A DNA stretch of 64,000 nucleotides. It comes from an uncultured virus (IMG/VR IMGVR_UViG_3300045131_000274) (Duplodnaviria > Heunggongvirae > Uroviricota > Caudoviricetes). Shown piece by piece: positions 36,954 to 45,945 of this stretch. How positions within the stretch are numbered: position 1 is the stretch's first letter; the number at the start of each line of letters is the position of its first letter. The notes below the pieces were generated by a model. The model was not told the origin of the DNA, ran no database searches, and saw only the letters and a program-made list of their open reading frames with translations. The stretch is taken from IMG/VR virus record IMGVR_UViG_3300045131_000274; one strand, written 5' to 3'. Made by a program: the position numbers and the translations under genes.

Positions 36954-37144
36954 GCACACATGAAACCATCATGCGCCAGGCCCGCCGCGAACTTGACGCC
37001 GCGCGCCCGGTTAACTACCAGCTCACGCCCGCGGAGTACAAGCGCCGCCTATACCTTATCAACGACGAAAAGAACCAGCTGCGCGCAGCCCTGGGCCTGT
37101 CACCGATCACCACCCAACACAACACCGGGGATTTATTCCAATGA
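36950..37144 (+). CDS. Early hypothetical protein
   Basis: MSTHET..., translationally coupled on both sides. Confidence 0.6.
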   Translation: MSTHETIMRQARRELDAARPVNYQLTPAEYKRRLYLINDEKNQLRAALGLSPITTQHNTGDLFQ

Positions 37145-37539
37145 AACCACTCTACCTAATCGCATGCAGCGCCGCTAAGCTGGACCGCACCGCACCGGCC
37201 GCCGACCTTTACCAGGGCCAGGCATTCAAGCTGGCCAAAGCTGCAGCAGCCCGGGCCGGCGCCGATGTAATCATTCTCAGCGCTTTGCATGGCACCGTTG
37301 ACCCCGCGGCCAACCTGGCACCCTATAACAAAACGCTGGCACAAATGAGCAAGCACCAGCGCGCCGTATGGGCCGCAATGACCGCGCAGCAGCTGCAGCA
37401 GCACAAAGGCCGCCCGGTGGTGGTCCTAGCTGGCAAGCACTACGCCGCCGCCGTTGAAGGTTGGCCCAATGTTTCCCGCCCGCTAACCGGCCAGGGTATC
37501 GGCCAGCAGCTGCACACCCTCAAACACTTAAACGCTTAA
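37141..37539 (+). CDS. DUF6884-like protein
   Basis: IACSAAK...A.DLYQG..F...ILSALHG...Y...L...LAGKHY...G.GIGQQL. Confidence 0.7.
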   Translation: MKPLYLIACSAAKLDRTAPAADLYQGQAFKLAKAAAARAGADVIILSALHGTVDPAANLAPYNKTLAQMSKHQRAVWAAMTAQQLQQHKGRPVVVLAGKHYAAAVEGWPNVSRPLTGQGIGQQLHTLKHLNA

Positions 37540-37549
37540 AAGGTCCAAC

Positions 37550-37834
37550 ATGAAAACGCTCACCCAACTAATCGATTCCCTCACCCTGGAGGATGCGCAA
37601 ACATACCAGGCCACCACCGACCGCCTGATGTGGATTGAAACCGATCTACTGGACCCGGCCAACTTGAGCCGGCGCCATGCCGAAAAGGTCGAGGAAAAAC
37701 TACTCGATTTGCTCCAGGCTTACAACCTAACCATCAACCGCGAGGGTTATTGGCAATCAATCCAAGCACTTAGCGCAGCAAAAAAAACCGGGGTTTTGTA
37801 TAGCGATTGGCACCCGGTTTTTGGCATTTTGTAA
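37550..37834 (+). CDS. Early hypothetical protein
   Basis: 94-aa ORF with AAGG RBS. Confidence 0.6.
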   Translation: MKTLTQLIDSLTLEDAQTYQATTDRLMWIETDLLDPANLSRRHAEKVEEKLLDLLQAYNLTINREGYWQSIQALSAAKKTGVLYSDWHPVFGIL

Positions 37835-37870
37835 ATTTATTAAATTAACCCACCAATTGAAAGGCACCTA

Positions 37871-38209
37871 ATGACCAAGCTTGAACTACACCAACGCATG
37901 ACGCACACCTACGCCGACGGCTGGGCCGACCTGGACGACTGGCAGCACCTGGGCACCGCGAAAATGCTCCGCTGGAATGCCACCGCCGAACCCCTGGGAC
38001 ATGATGACGCCGGCACCTTCACAACCAAGGTGATAGGACCGCGCCAGCTGCGCGCCGTTGACCTGGGCCGGGCAATCGCGGCCACCCTGGGCGGCAGCAG
38101 CTGCACACATGAGCATGACTGTTGCGGATGCCCGACCACTCACGCCAGCGTTAAACGCACTAGCGCCCGCGAATACTTTGTTCACCTTCACATAACCCGC
38201 AACTACTGA
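37871..38209 (+). CDS. Early hypothetical protein with Cys/His cluster
   Basis: CTHEHDCCGC motif, GAAAGG RBS. Confidence 0.7.
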   Translation: MTKLELHQRMTHTYADGWADLDDWQHLGTAKMLRWNATAEPLGHDDAGTFTTKVIGPRQLRAVDLGRAIAATLGGSSCTHEHDCCGCPTTHASVKRTSAREYFVHLHITRNY

Positions 38210-38219
38210 AAGGCCACCA

Positions 38220-38414
38220 ATGACCGCACTCACCACCCCCGACCAAATAGCGCGCTACCGCCTGGCCACACTACGCGCAGCGCTTAAGCTGGAAATCGCC
38301 GGCATGAAACGCCGCGGCCCCAGCGCTTATGCAATCCTCAAAAAAGAGGGATTCGCCGGCACCCGCGCCGACATCCTGGAGCAAATCAACAAACAATTGG
38401 AGCAAACAACATGA
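38220..38414 (+). CDS. Early hypothetical protein
   Basis: ALKLEIAGMKR.G.SAY..LK, GAAAGG RBS. Confidence 0.7.
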   Translation: MTALTTPDQIARYRLATLRAALKLEIAGMKRRGPSAYAILKKEGFAGTRADILEQINKQLEQTT

Positions 38415-38626
38415 CCAACCAAAAACAAATCAGGGCCGCATTTTGGGAAGCTTTCCCAGACTTGCCCCGCCGCCGTTATCGCTACAGTTGGAACCCCAGG
38501 GACAAAACCGCCGAGTTGGTTTTCCCAATCGATACCCGCTGCGCTTTTGTCGACTACCTCGACCAGCTGCAGCGCGCCGGCATCATTTCCGAATCATTAG
38601 CAAACCGCGCAACATTGGAGCATTAA
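38411..38626 (+). CDS. Early hypothetical protein
   Basis: MTNQKQIRAAFW...DTRCAFVDYLD.L...G.IS..LA.RATL. Confidence 0.7.
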   Translation: MTNQKQIRAAFWEAFPDLPRRRYRYSWNPRDKTAELVFPIDTRCAFVDYLDQLQRAGIISESLANRATLEH

Positions 38627-38628
38627 TT

Positions 38629-39111
38629 ATGGGCTGGACCTCTTACACAATCAACACCACCGCAACGACTGACGCCGTACTACGCCGGGAATTCACCCAG
38701 GCCGGCACCGATGGCAGCCGCTGGGAAATCACCGACACGGCCACTATTGGCGCGACTTGGTACGCAATCAGCAAACGCACCGACCCCGCCGGCGCCGCTC
38801 ATTATTCGGGCCTGGTATGCCTGACCGAACGCCGCAAACAAAACAACGGTGAAACCGAGTTCTTTTACAAAGACATGGACGAAACCGCCGGCCCCTACTC
38901 TTACGCATGCCCGGCCCGCATCCTGGACCAGCTCGACCAGCTAGCACCCAACCCGCCCGAATACGCGGCCAAGTGGCGCGCAGCATGCCGGGAACACGCA
39001 GCCAACAAACGCGCCAAGGCCAAGGCCCGCGCCAAGCAGCGCGCCGAAAGCATGGCAAAAATTGAGCGCTTTATTTCCGACCGCTTTTTATCCGTCAACC
39101 TGGGAGCTTAA
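38629..39111 (+). CDS. DUF6927-like early protein
   Basis: MGWT...FFYKDMDE.AGP....CP.RIL..L......A.KWR..C, with GGAG RBS. Confidence 0.65.
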   Translation: MGWTSYTINTTATTDAVLRREFTQAGTDGSRWEITDTATIGATWYAISKRTDPAGAAHYSGLVCLTERRKQNNGETEFFYKDMDETAGPYSYACPARILDQLDQLAPNPPEYAAKWRAACREHAANKRAKAKARAKQRAESMAKIERFISDRFLSVNLGA

Positions 39112-39114
39112 AAA

Positions 39115-39810
39115 ATGAATCAATTCCACTTTATTCGCAGCAGCGGCAACCGCAAAACCGGCCCAATCCCGGTTACGTACAGCACGCGCAGCTCATGCCC
39201 GCCCAGCTGCAGCCACTACGGCGAAGACTGTTACGGCGAAGACTTTTACACCCGCATGACCTGGGACAAGGTCGAGCAACGCGGCCACGATATCGCAGCA
39301 CACGCGCGCGCAATCGCCAGCCTACCGCCCGCCCAAGTGTGGAGAATGAACGTCGCCGGGGACCTACCCGGCCAAGGGGAAACAATCGACGCCTACCAGC
39401 TCGGGGAAATAGTCAAGGCCAACAGGGGCCGCCGCGGGTTCACATACACGCACAAACACCACCCCGACGCGCTGTTATGGATACGACACGCCAACGCCTG
39501 GGGCTTCACAATTAACCTCAGCGCCGACGACGCCGGCCACGCCGACCAGCTGGCCAAAACGAACGCCGGCCCGGTGGCTTGCATTGTGCCAACCGACACG
39601 CCCGAAATTAGTTACACGCCCGAAGGCCGGCAGATTGTGATCTGTCAGGCGCAAACCAGGGAAGGCGCCACATGTGAAAGCTGCGGAAACTTTAACCCAT
39701 GGTGTAGCCGGACAGACCGCGCTTTTATCGTAGGTTTCCGGGCCCATGGCAGCAAAGCAAAACAGACCGACGCCAAAGCGCGCCGGGTTATCCCAATTCT
39801 GAAAGGTTGA
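39115..39810 (+). CDS. Cys-rich enzyme-like protein (DUF7227 / gp88-like)
   Basis: N.KTGPIPV...CPPSC...CY...RMNVAGD...FTYTH...TINLSAD...TCESC...GF.AHG. Confidence 0.6.
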   Translation: MNQFHFIRSSGNRKTGPIPVTYSTRSSCPPSCSHYGEDCYGEDFYTRMTWDKVEQRGHDIAAHARAIASLPPAQVWRMNVAGDLPGQGETIDAYQLGEIVKANRGRRGFTYTHKHHPDALLWIRHANAWGFTINLSADDAGHADQLAKTNAGPVACIVPTDTPEISYTPEGRQIVICQAQTREGATCESCGNFNPWCSRTDRAFIVGFRAHGSKAKQTDAKARRVIPILKG

Positions 39811-40064
39811 ACATGTTTAAAAAAATGCGCGCAAAGTACCCAGGCAAATGCAGCCTATCCGGCGCCCGGATAAACCCCGGGGATTTTATTATTTACAACA
39901 CCGACACCAGGACCGCCGAGCTGGAGCCCGACGACGACCGCATGACCTACACAACGGACCAGCCCAGGGTTAGTGATGTTTTTAATTTTAGCGGCCGGGA
40001 ATTTTACCGAAACAAAAACGGCCGGTGCCTTGACGCGCCGTGCTGCGGCTGCTGCACCATTTAA
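39807..40064 (+). CDS. Early hypothetical protein
   Basis: M.AKYPGKC...I.PGD.I...RNKNGRCLDAPCCGCCT. Confidence 0.7.
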   Translation: MNMFKKMRAKYPGKCSLSGARINPGDFIIYNTDTRTAELEPDDDRMTYTTDQPRVSDVFNFSGREFYRNKNGRCLDAPCCGCCTI

Positions 40065-40077
40065 CGAAAGGCAAACC

Positions 40078-40395
40078 ATGGCCACCGACACAATGCGCGA
40101 AGCGCTGGAAACTCTAATTTTTTACGTTGAGCAAGCACAGCCCGACATGCCCGACACGGCCCGAATTGATAGCCTGGCCCTGGCCCTGGACAATGCCCGG
40201 CAAAATCTACCGATGGCGGCCGCCGGCCTTCAATCCTACCGCTACCGCACCGCTTACGGCTGGGTGATGATAGGCGCGACCGACGACGCCGACGCACTAC
40301 GCGAAGCGCAACGCAGCACCCCCGCACAAGTAACCGCCGACCGGCTGCAGCGCTGGACCGGCACCGAATACCAACCAACGAAAGGCCAACCATGA
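40078..40395 (+). CDS. Early hypothetical protein
   Basis: GAAAGG RBS. Contains GWVMIGA.DD.DALREA.RS. Confidence 0.65.
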   Translation: MATDTMREALETLIFYVEQAQPDMPDTARIDSLALALDNARQNLPMAAAGLQSYRYRTAYGWVMIGATDDADALREAQRSTPAQVTADRLQRWTGTEYQPTKGQP

Positions 40396-40574
40396 ACCAC
40401 CCCGAAGCAGACTATATTAACGCCGGCGCGCGCTACCAGCTCGCCAAGACGCCAGCCCAAACGATAGCCCAGGCCGGCATGCTGCGCCGCATGATCGAAT
40501 CGGAACACATCGACGAGCGGGCCGAGGCCCGGCGCCTGATCGAAACCGGCCGCGCAGAAGTGCGCCAGCGCTAG
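40392..40574 (+). CDS. Early hypothetical protein
   Basis: 60 aa, GAAAGG RBS, ATGA overlap. Confidence 0.65.
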   Translation: MNHPEADYINAGARYQLAKTPAQTIAQAGMLRRMIESEHIDERAEARRLIETGRAEVRQR

Positions 40575-40585
40575 GAGTTCATCCG

Positions 40586-40756
40586 GTGAACAAACCCCAC
40601 GCCCTCACGCTCGCGCTGGTTTTAGCTATAACCGCGCCCGACAAATCACGCGCCCGCGACTGTGTCGCTATGGCCGAGCAACTAGCCCGCGGTATGACGC
40701 CCGAGCAAGTAGACGCATGCAAGGCCCAGGCCCTGCAACTAATCGACAACAACTAG
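40586..40756 (+). CDS. Early hypothetical protein (56 aa)
   Basis: GTG start after AGGAG: MNKPHALTLALVLAITAP... Not in the ORF track. Confidence 0.65.
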   Translation: MNKPHALTLALVLAITAPDKSRARDCVAMAEQLARGMTPEQVDACKAQALQLIDNN

Positions 40757-40767
40757 GAGTTCATCCG

Positions 40768-41007
40768 ATGACTGACATAGAAGACCGCTGGACAAAACGT
40801 GCCGCCGATTTATTGGTGGGCCGCCGCATTACGTCCGTTGAATACATGACCGAAGAAGACGCCAACGAAGTAGATTGGAACCACCGGCCGCTCATCATTA
40901 CGCTAGACAATGGTCTGCGTTTTTACCCAAGCCGCGACGACGAAGGCAACGGCGCCGGCTCCCTGTTTACGACCAGCCAAAAAATACCAACTATTCCATC
41001 AATCTAA
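40768..41007 (+). CDS. Early hypothetical protein
   Basis: LVGR.I..V.YM...LDNG....PSRDDEGNGAGSLF. Confidence 0.7.
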   Translation: MTDIEDRWTKRAADLLVGRRITSVEYMTEEDANEVDWNHRPLIITLDNGLRFYPSRDDEGNGAGSLFTTSQKIPTIPSI

Positions 41008-41020
41008 AGGAGAATTTATT

Positions 41021-41398
41021 ATGGGTTTCTTTTCTAAAACATGCGCAAAAACACACCTGCCAATCGTCGCCAACCTGAAGGATATCCCCAGGCTTAGCGA
41101 GGTGGTAGCGCTGCTGCCCAATGGGAAAAAATTCACCGGTTCTTATGACGGATACGGCCGCGTCGCCGGCACCGGCCTAGTGGAAACCGCCAGGGGCCGC
41201 TTTCAATGGCCCGAGGTAAAGATGGTCCTGGCCGAGTACTACAACGGCGAGGAATACAAAGACCTGGGCCGCTCAGGAGATGAGCTGGCGCAGGGCTGGT
41301 TTATGGACGAACTGTTTTTGCATCATTGCCTACGCAACGGACCGTTCGAGAGTTACGCCGAATACAAAAAGGCGTTCAAGAAATACGCGAATTGGTAA
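41021..41398 (+). CDS. Early hypothetical protein
   Basis: MGFFSKTC...YDGYG, with AAGGAG RBS. Confidence 0.7.
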   Translation: MGFFSKTCAKTHLPIVANLKDIPRLSEVVALLPNGKKFTGSYDGYGRVAGTGLVETARGRFQWPEVKMVLAEYYNGEEYKDLGRSGDELAQGWFMDELFLHHCLRNGPFESYAEYKKAFKKYANW

Positions 41399-41408
41399 GG
41401 AGAACATC

Positions 41409-41693
41409 ATGCGATTAATGCAAGTCGATGCGCCCAAGCCGGCTGCCATGGTTCAGAAACCAGGCGCCGTATTTTTTAACTACACCCAGGAAGAGTTGCA
41501 GCAAGCATTTGACAAAATCAAAACGCCGGGTAATTGGAAGGAGCCCATCCGGGCCACTATACCCGCGGAAGATTACAACCTGGCCGCGGCCGCCGTCGCA
41601 TACTTCACCGGCTCCAATCTAGAAATAGAAGATAACACCAACCACCAATACACCGTCTATGCCGCAGGCTATTACGCGGTTATTGGCTCATGA
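41409..41693 (+). CDS. Early hypothetical protein
   Basis: AF......NWK.PI...AV.YFTG...V.AAGYY, with AAGGAG RBS. Confidence 0.7.
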   Translation: MRLMQVDAPKPAAMVQKPGAVFFNYTQEELQQAFDKIKTPGNWKEPIRATIPAEDYNLAAAAVAYFTGSNLEIEDNTNHQYTVYAAGYYAVIGS

Positions 41694-41709
41694 TTTAGAA
41701 AGATTAGAC

Positions 41710-41805
41710 ATGAAACAAAGTTACGAAACCTTGTTAGATATTCTCACGGCCGTGGCTATCGGCGTTGGCTTTGCTGCGCTGCTGCTGGCCTGGTGGTCGT
41801 CGTGA
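41710..41805 (+). CDS. 31-aa single-TM micro-protein
   Basis: MKQSYETLLDILTAVAIGVGFAALLLAWWSS, with GTGA overlap. Confidence 0.6.
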   Translation: MKQSYETLLDILTAVAIGVGFAALLLAWWSS

Positions 41806-41990
41806 AGTACTGGGTAACCATCATCCGCGAGCATCAAGTTACGCTGACAATGGAGGCGGCCAGCCGGTTAGATATCATCCGGCTGGTCACCGACCTGGCT
41901 TTGAAATATGATGCCATGGACGGGAAACAAACCAAGATTGTGAGCATTAATGAAGAAGCGCCCAACACTATTCGCAATATTCCTGCATGA
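41802..41990 (+). CDS. Hypothetical protein
   Basis: GTG start coupled to the previous stop. Confidence 0.5.
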   Translation: MKYWVTIIREHQVTLTMEAASRLDIIRLVTDLALKYDAMDGKQTKIVSINEEAPNTIRNIPA

Positions 41991-42150
41991 GGAGGACGGC
42001 GTCGTTACTGTGTCGGCCGATTATCTAGGCCTGGGTCGGGCTTCGTTTGACCTGGGGCTTGAGATCATGGCCGGCATTAAAGAGCTGGAGCGTGAACACC
42101 CAAAGCAGTTCACGGTCCGGCCTATTCAGATTTCACAGTATTACAACTGA
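41950..42150 (+). CDS. Hypothetical protein
   Basis: 66-aa ORF that ends the rightward block. Confidence 0.55.
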   Translation: MKKRPTLFAIFLHEEDGVVTVSADYLGLGRASFDLGLEIMAGIKELEREHPKQFTVRPIQISQYYN

Positions 42151-42960
42151 CCGGGTCAGGCTTTGGGAAAACTTAAACAACCCGAGCCGCCGGTGCGTGT
42201 CGTTGGCATCCTCTCCCTCGACATCACTCATCCAATACGGCCATCCGATCTGCTTGGCCACCCGCTCGCCGGTGCCGCTGGTATCGTTGTCAGCAATGAC
42301 CACCCCAGCCGGCAACCTGGCAGCCACCTTCACCATGTTCCCCGCGCTGAAACAAACATGCAATGTGTAGCGACGCTTAAGCTGCGACAAGGCCAGCCGA
42401 ATAGACAACGCTGTGGCATACCCCTCAACCAGGATATGCATCCCCTTGTTGTTGAACACAAACTCAGCCCCGCTCGTGCGCTGGCCGGACAGAAACTTCT
42501 TTCCGCCCGCCTGGTCTATTAACTGTACACCCACTAAATGTCCATCCGAACGCATCGGAATGACCAACAGTTGCTGACCATTGAATGCCCATATATTCCC
42601 CTGTTCTTCCGGGAAACCTTTGGCTTTGAGATAGTCATGCCTACCGAATTGACATTGGTCCAGGATCCAAGCCGCCTTGCTGGCCGCCTCCTTCCCCTGC
42701 TTTTGTCGTTGCTCTTCGGCATCATTGGCTTGCTTCTGTATGCGTACAACATCAGCCGGCTGCAGATCATCCGCTTTCCACACGGCCACCTCTGTGCCGG
42801 TCGCCCAGTTCTGAACGAACGCATGGGTGCCCATGTATTTCACCGCACCGTTCCTACTGTTCGGGTGGTCATCCGTTGGGTACCGGCGCCACATTCCAAT
42901 CGGTGGAGGACTGTCAATCAGGATTCCATGCAGCTTGCAATAGGTGATCAGGTCATTCAT
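42133..42960 (-). CDS. DNA primase, Toprim domain (TraC-like)
   Basis: H.YL..KG, LVIPM, Q.I...G.K.FL.G, EGYATA, FSAGN, ADND.SG.G and DAND motifs. Confidence 0.88.
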   Translation of the reverse strand: MNDLITYCKLHGILIDSPPPIGMWRRYPTDDHPNSRNGAVKYMGTHAFVQNWATGTEVAVWKADDLQPADVVRIQKQANDAEEQRQKQGKEAASKAAWILDQCQFGRHDYLKAKGFPEEQGNIWAFNGQQLLVIPMRSDGHLVGVQLIDQAGGKKFLSGQRTSGAEFVFNNKGMHILVEGYATALSIRLALSQLKRRYTLHVCFSAGNMVKVAARLPAGVVIADNDTSGTGERVAKQIGWPYWMSDVEGEDANDTHRRLGLFKFSQSLTRSVVIL

Positions 42961-44426
42961 TTGCCCTTCCCTTTCAGGTACGCAATGAGGCGGCTTTTGA
43001 CAAACTTCTCGAACGCAACATCAGGCGACTCCACCGAATCAGCTAGGCCCCTTGGCCACACCCCAAACTTATCTTTATAGCAATGCGCAGCACGGCCGGT
43101 AGACCACCCCCGATACTTCACTTGCCATTGGCACATCGCCCAAAACGTTTGCTTGTTATCCCTGCTGGCCATCCCTCCCAGCTCTTCCAGTACCCCGGGG
43201 ATACTGCTAACCTTGTTCTGACGCTCGCGCACATGGCCGCAATGCAGACACGTATCAGACCCGCCGGGCCACAGATGCCCGCACGATGGACACTTGGATT
43301 CTTTCTTCTCGTTTTCTGTCTTTTCTTTCTTGGCCTTTTCTTTTCCATCATCCAGGGTGTCTACGCCGTTGTGATAGACCGCCTCCCAATCCTCTTGGAA
43401 ACGTAAGTAGTTCCCACTATGGTCAAGCCAGACGGCGAACTCTTTGTTGTCAGCCCGGCGCATGATGCGGCCCATCTGCTGGATATGCGACGATAAAGAT
43501 TTGCTGAACGGCCTGGCCGACACCCCAATCATGACATCGGGGACGTCAAAGCCTTTGGTTAGGATGTCCGTGGCAATCAATCCATGTATTTCTGTGTCCG
43601 GCCTGGCAAAATCTTCAATCACATCCCGCTTGAACTGGTCATCATCCCGGTAGCTGACCGATACAAAGTTATAGCCCTCGGCTGCAAACTGTGCGGCCAG
43701 GTCGGCGCCATGCTCTACGCCCGAACAAAACACAATCGTTTTGCGTGGGCCACCAAAGATTTCATTGGTCTTTCGGATCCACTCCTCGACAATGTTCCCG
43801 GTGATCTGCATGCCCCGCTTGGATGCTTCCGCCTGGGACCACTCGCCCGCCACCTTCTTGGCGCCGGTCATGTCGATTTCTTTGGCAATGAAGACACGTA
43901 GAGGCATCAATACCTTCTGCTCTACTAGCTCCCTGGTTGTGATTGTGTTGACGATGTTGTCATAGATATGGGCCAGCCCCTTGGTAAAAGGCGTAGCCGT
44001 CAGCCCGATGACCCGCACCTCTGGATTATTCTTAATGAAATCAACTGTCTGCTGCCGAGTTGTGTGGCATTCATCAACGATTAAAAGGTTCAGCCCTGGG
44101 AATGAGCCCCTCTTTTCCAACGTCTGCGCAGAGCAAACCTGTATGCTTTCATATGGCCGGTAGCGCCAATGACCTGACTGCAGTACCCCGTGCGGGATAT
44201 GGTATTTTTCTAATCGCTCGCTGGTCTGGTCGCACAGAATGATTCGGTCCAGCAGCATCGCTGCCTTGTTACCTTTGCCCCTGGTTGCGTTAAGCAACGC
44301 AATGGCCATCTCTGTCTTGCCCGCTCCGGTCGGTGCGTAAAGTATCTGTGCGCGCTTGCCCTGTGCAAACCCCTGGCGTAGCGCTGCCAGGGTGGCGTCT
44401 TGGTAATCCCTCAGTTGTAAACTCAT
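42957..44426 (-). CDS. SF2 DExH helicase with C-terminal Zn finger
   Basis: LRDYQ, APTGAGKT, DECH, GLTATP, GFDVP, QQMGR..R and CPSC..CLHC motifs. Confidence 0.92.
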   Translation of the reverse strand: MSLQLRDYQDATLAALRQGFAQGKRAQILYAPTGAGKTEMAIALLNATRGKGNKAAMLLDRIILCDQTSERLEKYHIPHGVLQSGHWRYRPYESIQVCSAQTLEKRGSFPGLNLLIVDECHTTRQQTVDFIKNNPEVRVIGLTATPFTKGLAHIYDNIVNTITTRELVEQKVLMPLRVFIAKEIDMTGAKKVAGEWSQAEASKRGMQITGNIVEEWIRKTNEIFGGPRKTIVFCSGVEHGADLAAQFAAEGYNFVSVSYRDDDQFKRDVIEDFARPDTEIHGLIATDILTKGFDVPDVMIGVSARPFSKSLSSHIQQMGRIMRRADNKEFAVWLDHSGNYLRFQEDWEAVYHNGVDTLDDGKEKAKKEKTENEKKESKCPSCGHLWPGGSDTCLHCGHVRERQNKVSSIPGVLEELGGMASRDNKQTFWAMCQWQVKYRGWSTGRAAHCYKDKFGVWPRGLADSVESPDVAFEKFVKSRLIAYLKGKGK

Positions 44427-44439
44427 GTTTTTCTCCGCT

Positions 44440-44468
44440 GCCGGCACACTATGCCCGCCGGCTTGGGC
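44440..44468 (-). promoter_or_regulatory. Candidate H-type pseudoknot upstream of the helicase RBS
   Basis: Minus strand GCCC-AA-GCCGGC-GGGC-ATAGTGT-GCCGGC-AGC-GGAG. Confidence 0.45.
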
Positions 44469-44473
44469 CTTGT

Positions 44474-45310
44474 TTATTCGTAGGCTTTAAGTTGTCTTTG
44501 TTGCATGGCAATCTGACGTTTGAGCTGCGCGTTTTCCAACTGGAATTTATCCCGGCTGGATTTAACCGCGTTCATTTCTAACTTCAGAATACGAATCTCT
44601 TCGCGTAATTGCTTGATCAGATCTTGCGCTGCTTTCTTTTCTTCGGCTGTCGCGTCCATGACTTTGACGGCCAAGCGGTCGGTTAGCGTTTCGTTCTGAG
44701 AAATCAGCTCGTCTACCATTTCCTGGCGGTGGTCTACGGCTGGCGGATCCGCAGGTTTAGGCGCCTCAATCAGCGGCGCTTCTTTCGCTGGCTTGGCTGG
44801 CTTGTCTTTCTTTTCGGGCTTGCGCTTTTCGGCAACGTTACCCTTGGGTGTAATGTATTTCCGGACAGCTGGCGCGCTTTCCCCGCGCATCTTGGCAACG
44901 AACGGCGCAGATACGTGTAGCTGGCGAGCAATCTCTGCATTGCTCCAGTCGCCCCACTCAAAGTCCTCCACAAAAATCATTGTAATTTTGCGCTTGTCTG
45001 CGTTGTCCATGGGCTGACCGTGCAGATTATTGGCCGTGCTGCCGTAAAACAATGCATCCCTTGGGGTGCCGGTGTCTACTTCGCACAGGAAACTTTGAAT
45101 GCCGATGCGCAGGGCCGCGTGATAGCGGTGAAATCCATCGGATAGCCAGTAATCTGTGCCGTCATAAAACACCCGCATCGGGGGGAAGACTGCTCCGCCT
45201 TCCATGTCCGTGGCGTAGCGCATGACCGCCTCTTCTTTAATCGATGCGCGCACCTGGGTGCCGCCGTCCAGCCTGATTAGTTTCAGTTCTAGTTCTTTTC
45301 TTTCTAACAT
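44474..45310 (-). CDS. ParB/Srx-like N-terminal domain protein with HTH and coiled coil
   Basis: GTQVR...FPP..V..DG..YWLSDGFHRYHA...N..HG...WSNAEIARQL.VS. Confidence 0.8.
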   Translation of the reverse strand: MLERKELELKLIRLDGGTQVRASIKEEAVMRYATDMEGGAVFPPMRVFYDGTDYWLSDGFHRYHAALRIGIQSFLCEVDTGTPRDALFYGSTANNLHGQPMDNADKRKITMIFVEDFEWGDWSNAEIARQLHVSAPFVAKMRGESAPAVRKYITPKGNVAEKRKPEKKDKPAKPAKEAPLIEAPKPADPPAVDHRQEMVDELISQNETLTDRLAVKVMDATAEEKKAAQDLIKQLREEIRILKLEMNAVKSSRDKFQLENAQLKRQIAMQQRQLKAYE

Positions 45311-45319
45311 GTCGTTCCT

Positions 45320-45565
45320 TTAAAATGGTGCGTCGAAGCCTATAAATTCTTTGAGTTTTTGCTTGTAATGCAATGCTTTTGCTGCGTCATCCGTGCCCTC
45401 TTTGCGGCCGGCTCGCATGCTGTATTTGATGATGTTGCCTTTCAGGTAGCCTATAAATTCCTGGCGGTTAAGCACAGATTCCATGACGGCCCAGGGCTGG
45501 ATGCCGATCTTGTGATAGTGGTCGCCACCCACCTGATGCTCATCGGCCGTTGCTTTTTCAATCAT
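45320..45565 (-). CDS. DUF3310 (T7 gp1.7-like) protein
   Basis: QVGGDHY...IQPW...GN.IKY..R.G.K....D..KA.HY. Confidence 0.8.
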   Translation of the reverse strand: MIEKATADEHQVGGDHYHKIGIQPWAVMESVLNRQEFIGYLKGNIIKYSMRAGRKEGTDDAAKALHYKQKLKEFIGFDAPF

Positions 45566-45587
45566 ATTCTTGCTCCTATATATGTAA

Positions 45588-45791
45588 TCATCGCTTTAAG
45601 CTCCGCACATAAGCAGCAAAACTGCCCATAGTGTCCTTCTCAAACGCTTTAAAGTTGTCCACCTTTTTGGCCACCTCTTCCAAAGTATCGTTCCTGATCT
45701 TGTTGGATATGGGATCAAGTTGTTTGATGATCATCTGCCGCTTGCGCCACCCCAGCGCCTTCTCCCATATGCTTAATTGTGCTTCGCTCAT
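45588..45791 (-). CDS. Hypothetical protein
   Basis: RNDTLEEVA...F..DT..SFA.YVR.LK, with GAAAGG RBS. Confidence 0.65.
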   Translation of the reverse strand: MSEAQLSIWEKALGWRKRQMIIKQLDPISNKIRNDTLEEVAKKVDNFKAFEKDTMGSFAAYVRSLKR

Positions 45792-45945
45792 TGTTTGCCT
45801 TTCTGTATTCCAATACTTCGTTGAGTAAACGTTCCATTTCATCAGCTGCCATCAAATGAAATGGGCTGATCGGTTTGTGACTTGCCATTGAACGCATCAT
45901 GCCAATGGTTGTCCTTGCTGTGGTTTCACTAAGCTTTGCCATCAT
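45715..45945 (-). CDS. Hypothetical protein
   Basis: MMAKLSE..., with GGAG RBS. Confidence 0.5.
   Translation of the reverse strand: MMAKLSETTARTTIGMMRSMASHKPISPFHLMAADEMERLLNEVLEYRKANNERSTIKHMGEGAGVAQAADDHQTT

Noticed and set aside
38329..38628. N-terminal extension of the 260-aa ORF in the track
   Set aside because: It overlaps two better-supported small genes. The real start is likely ATG 38629 after GGAG.
44427..44500. Readthrough or frameshift fusion of the ParB-like gene to the helicase via the pseudoknot
   Set aside because: The frames differ, no canonical slippery heptamer precedes the stop, and the helicase has its own GGAG RBS.
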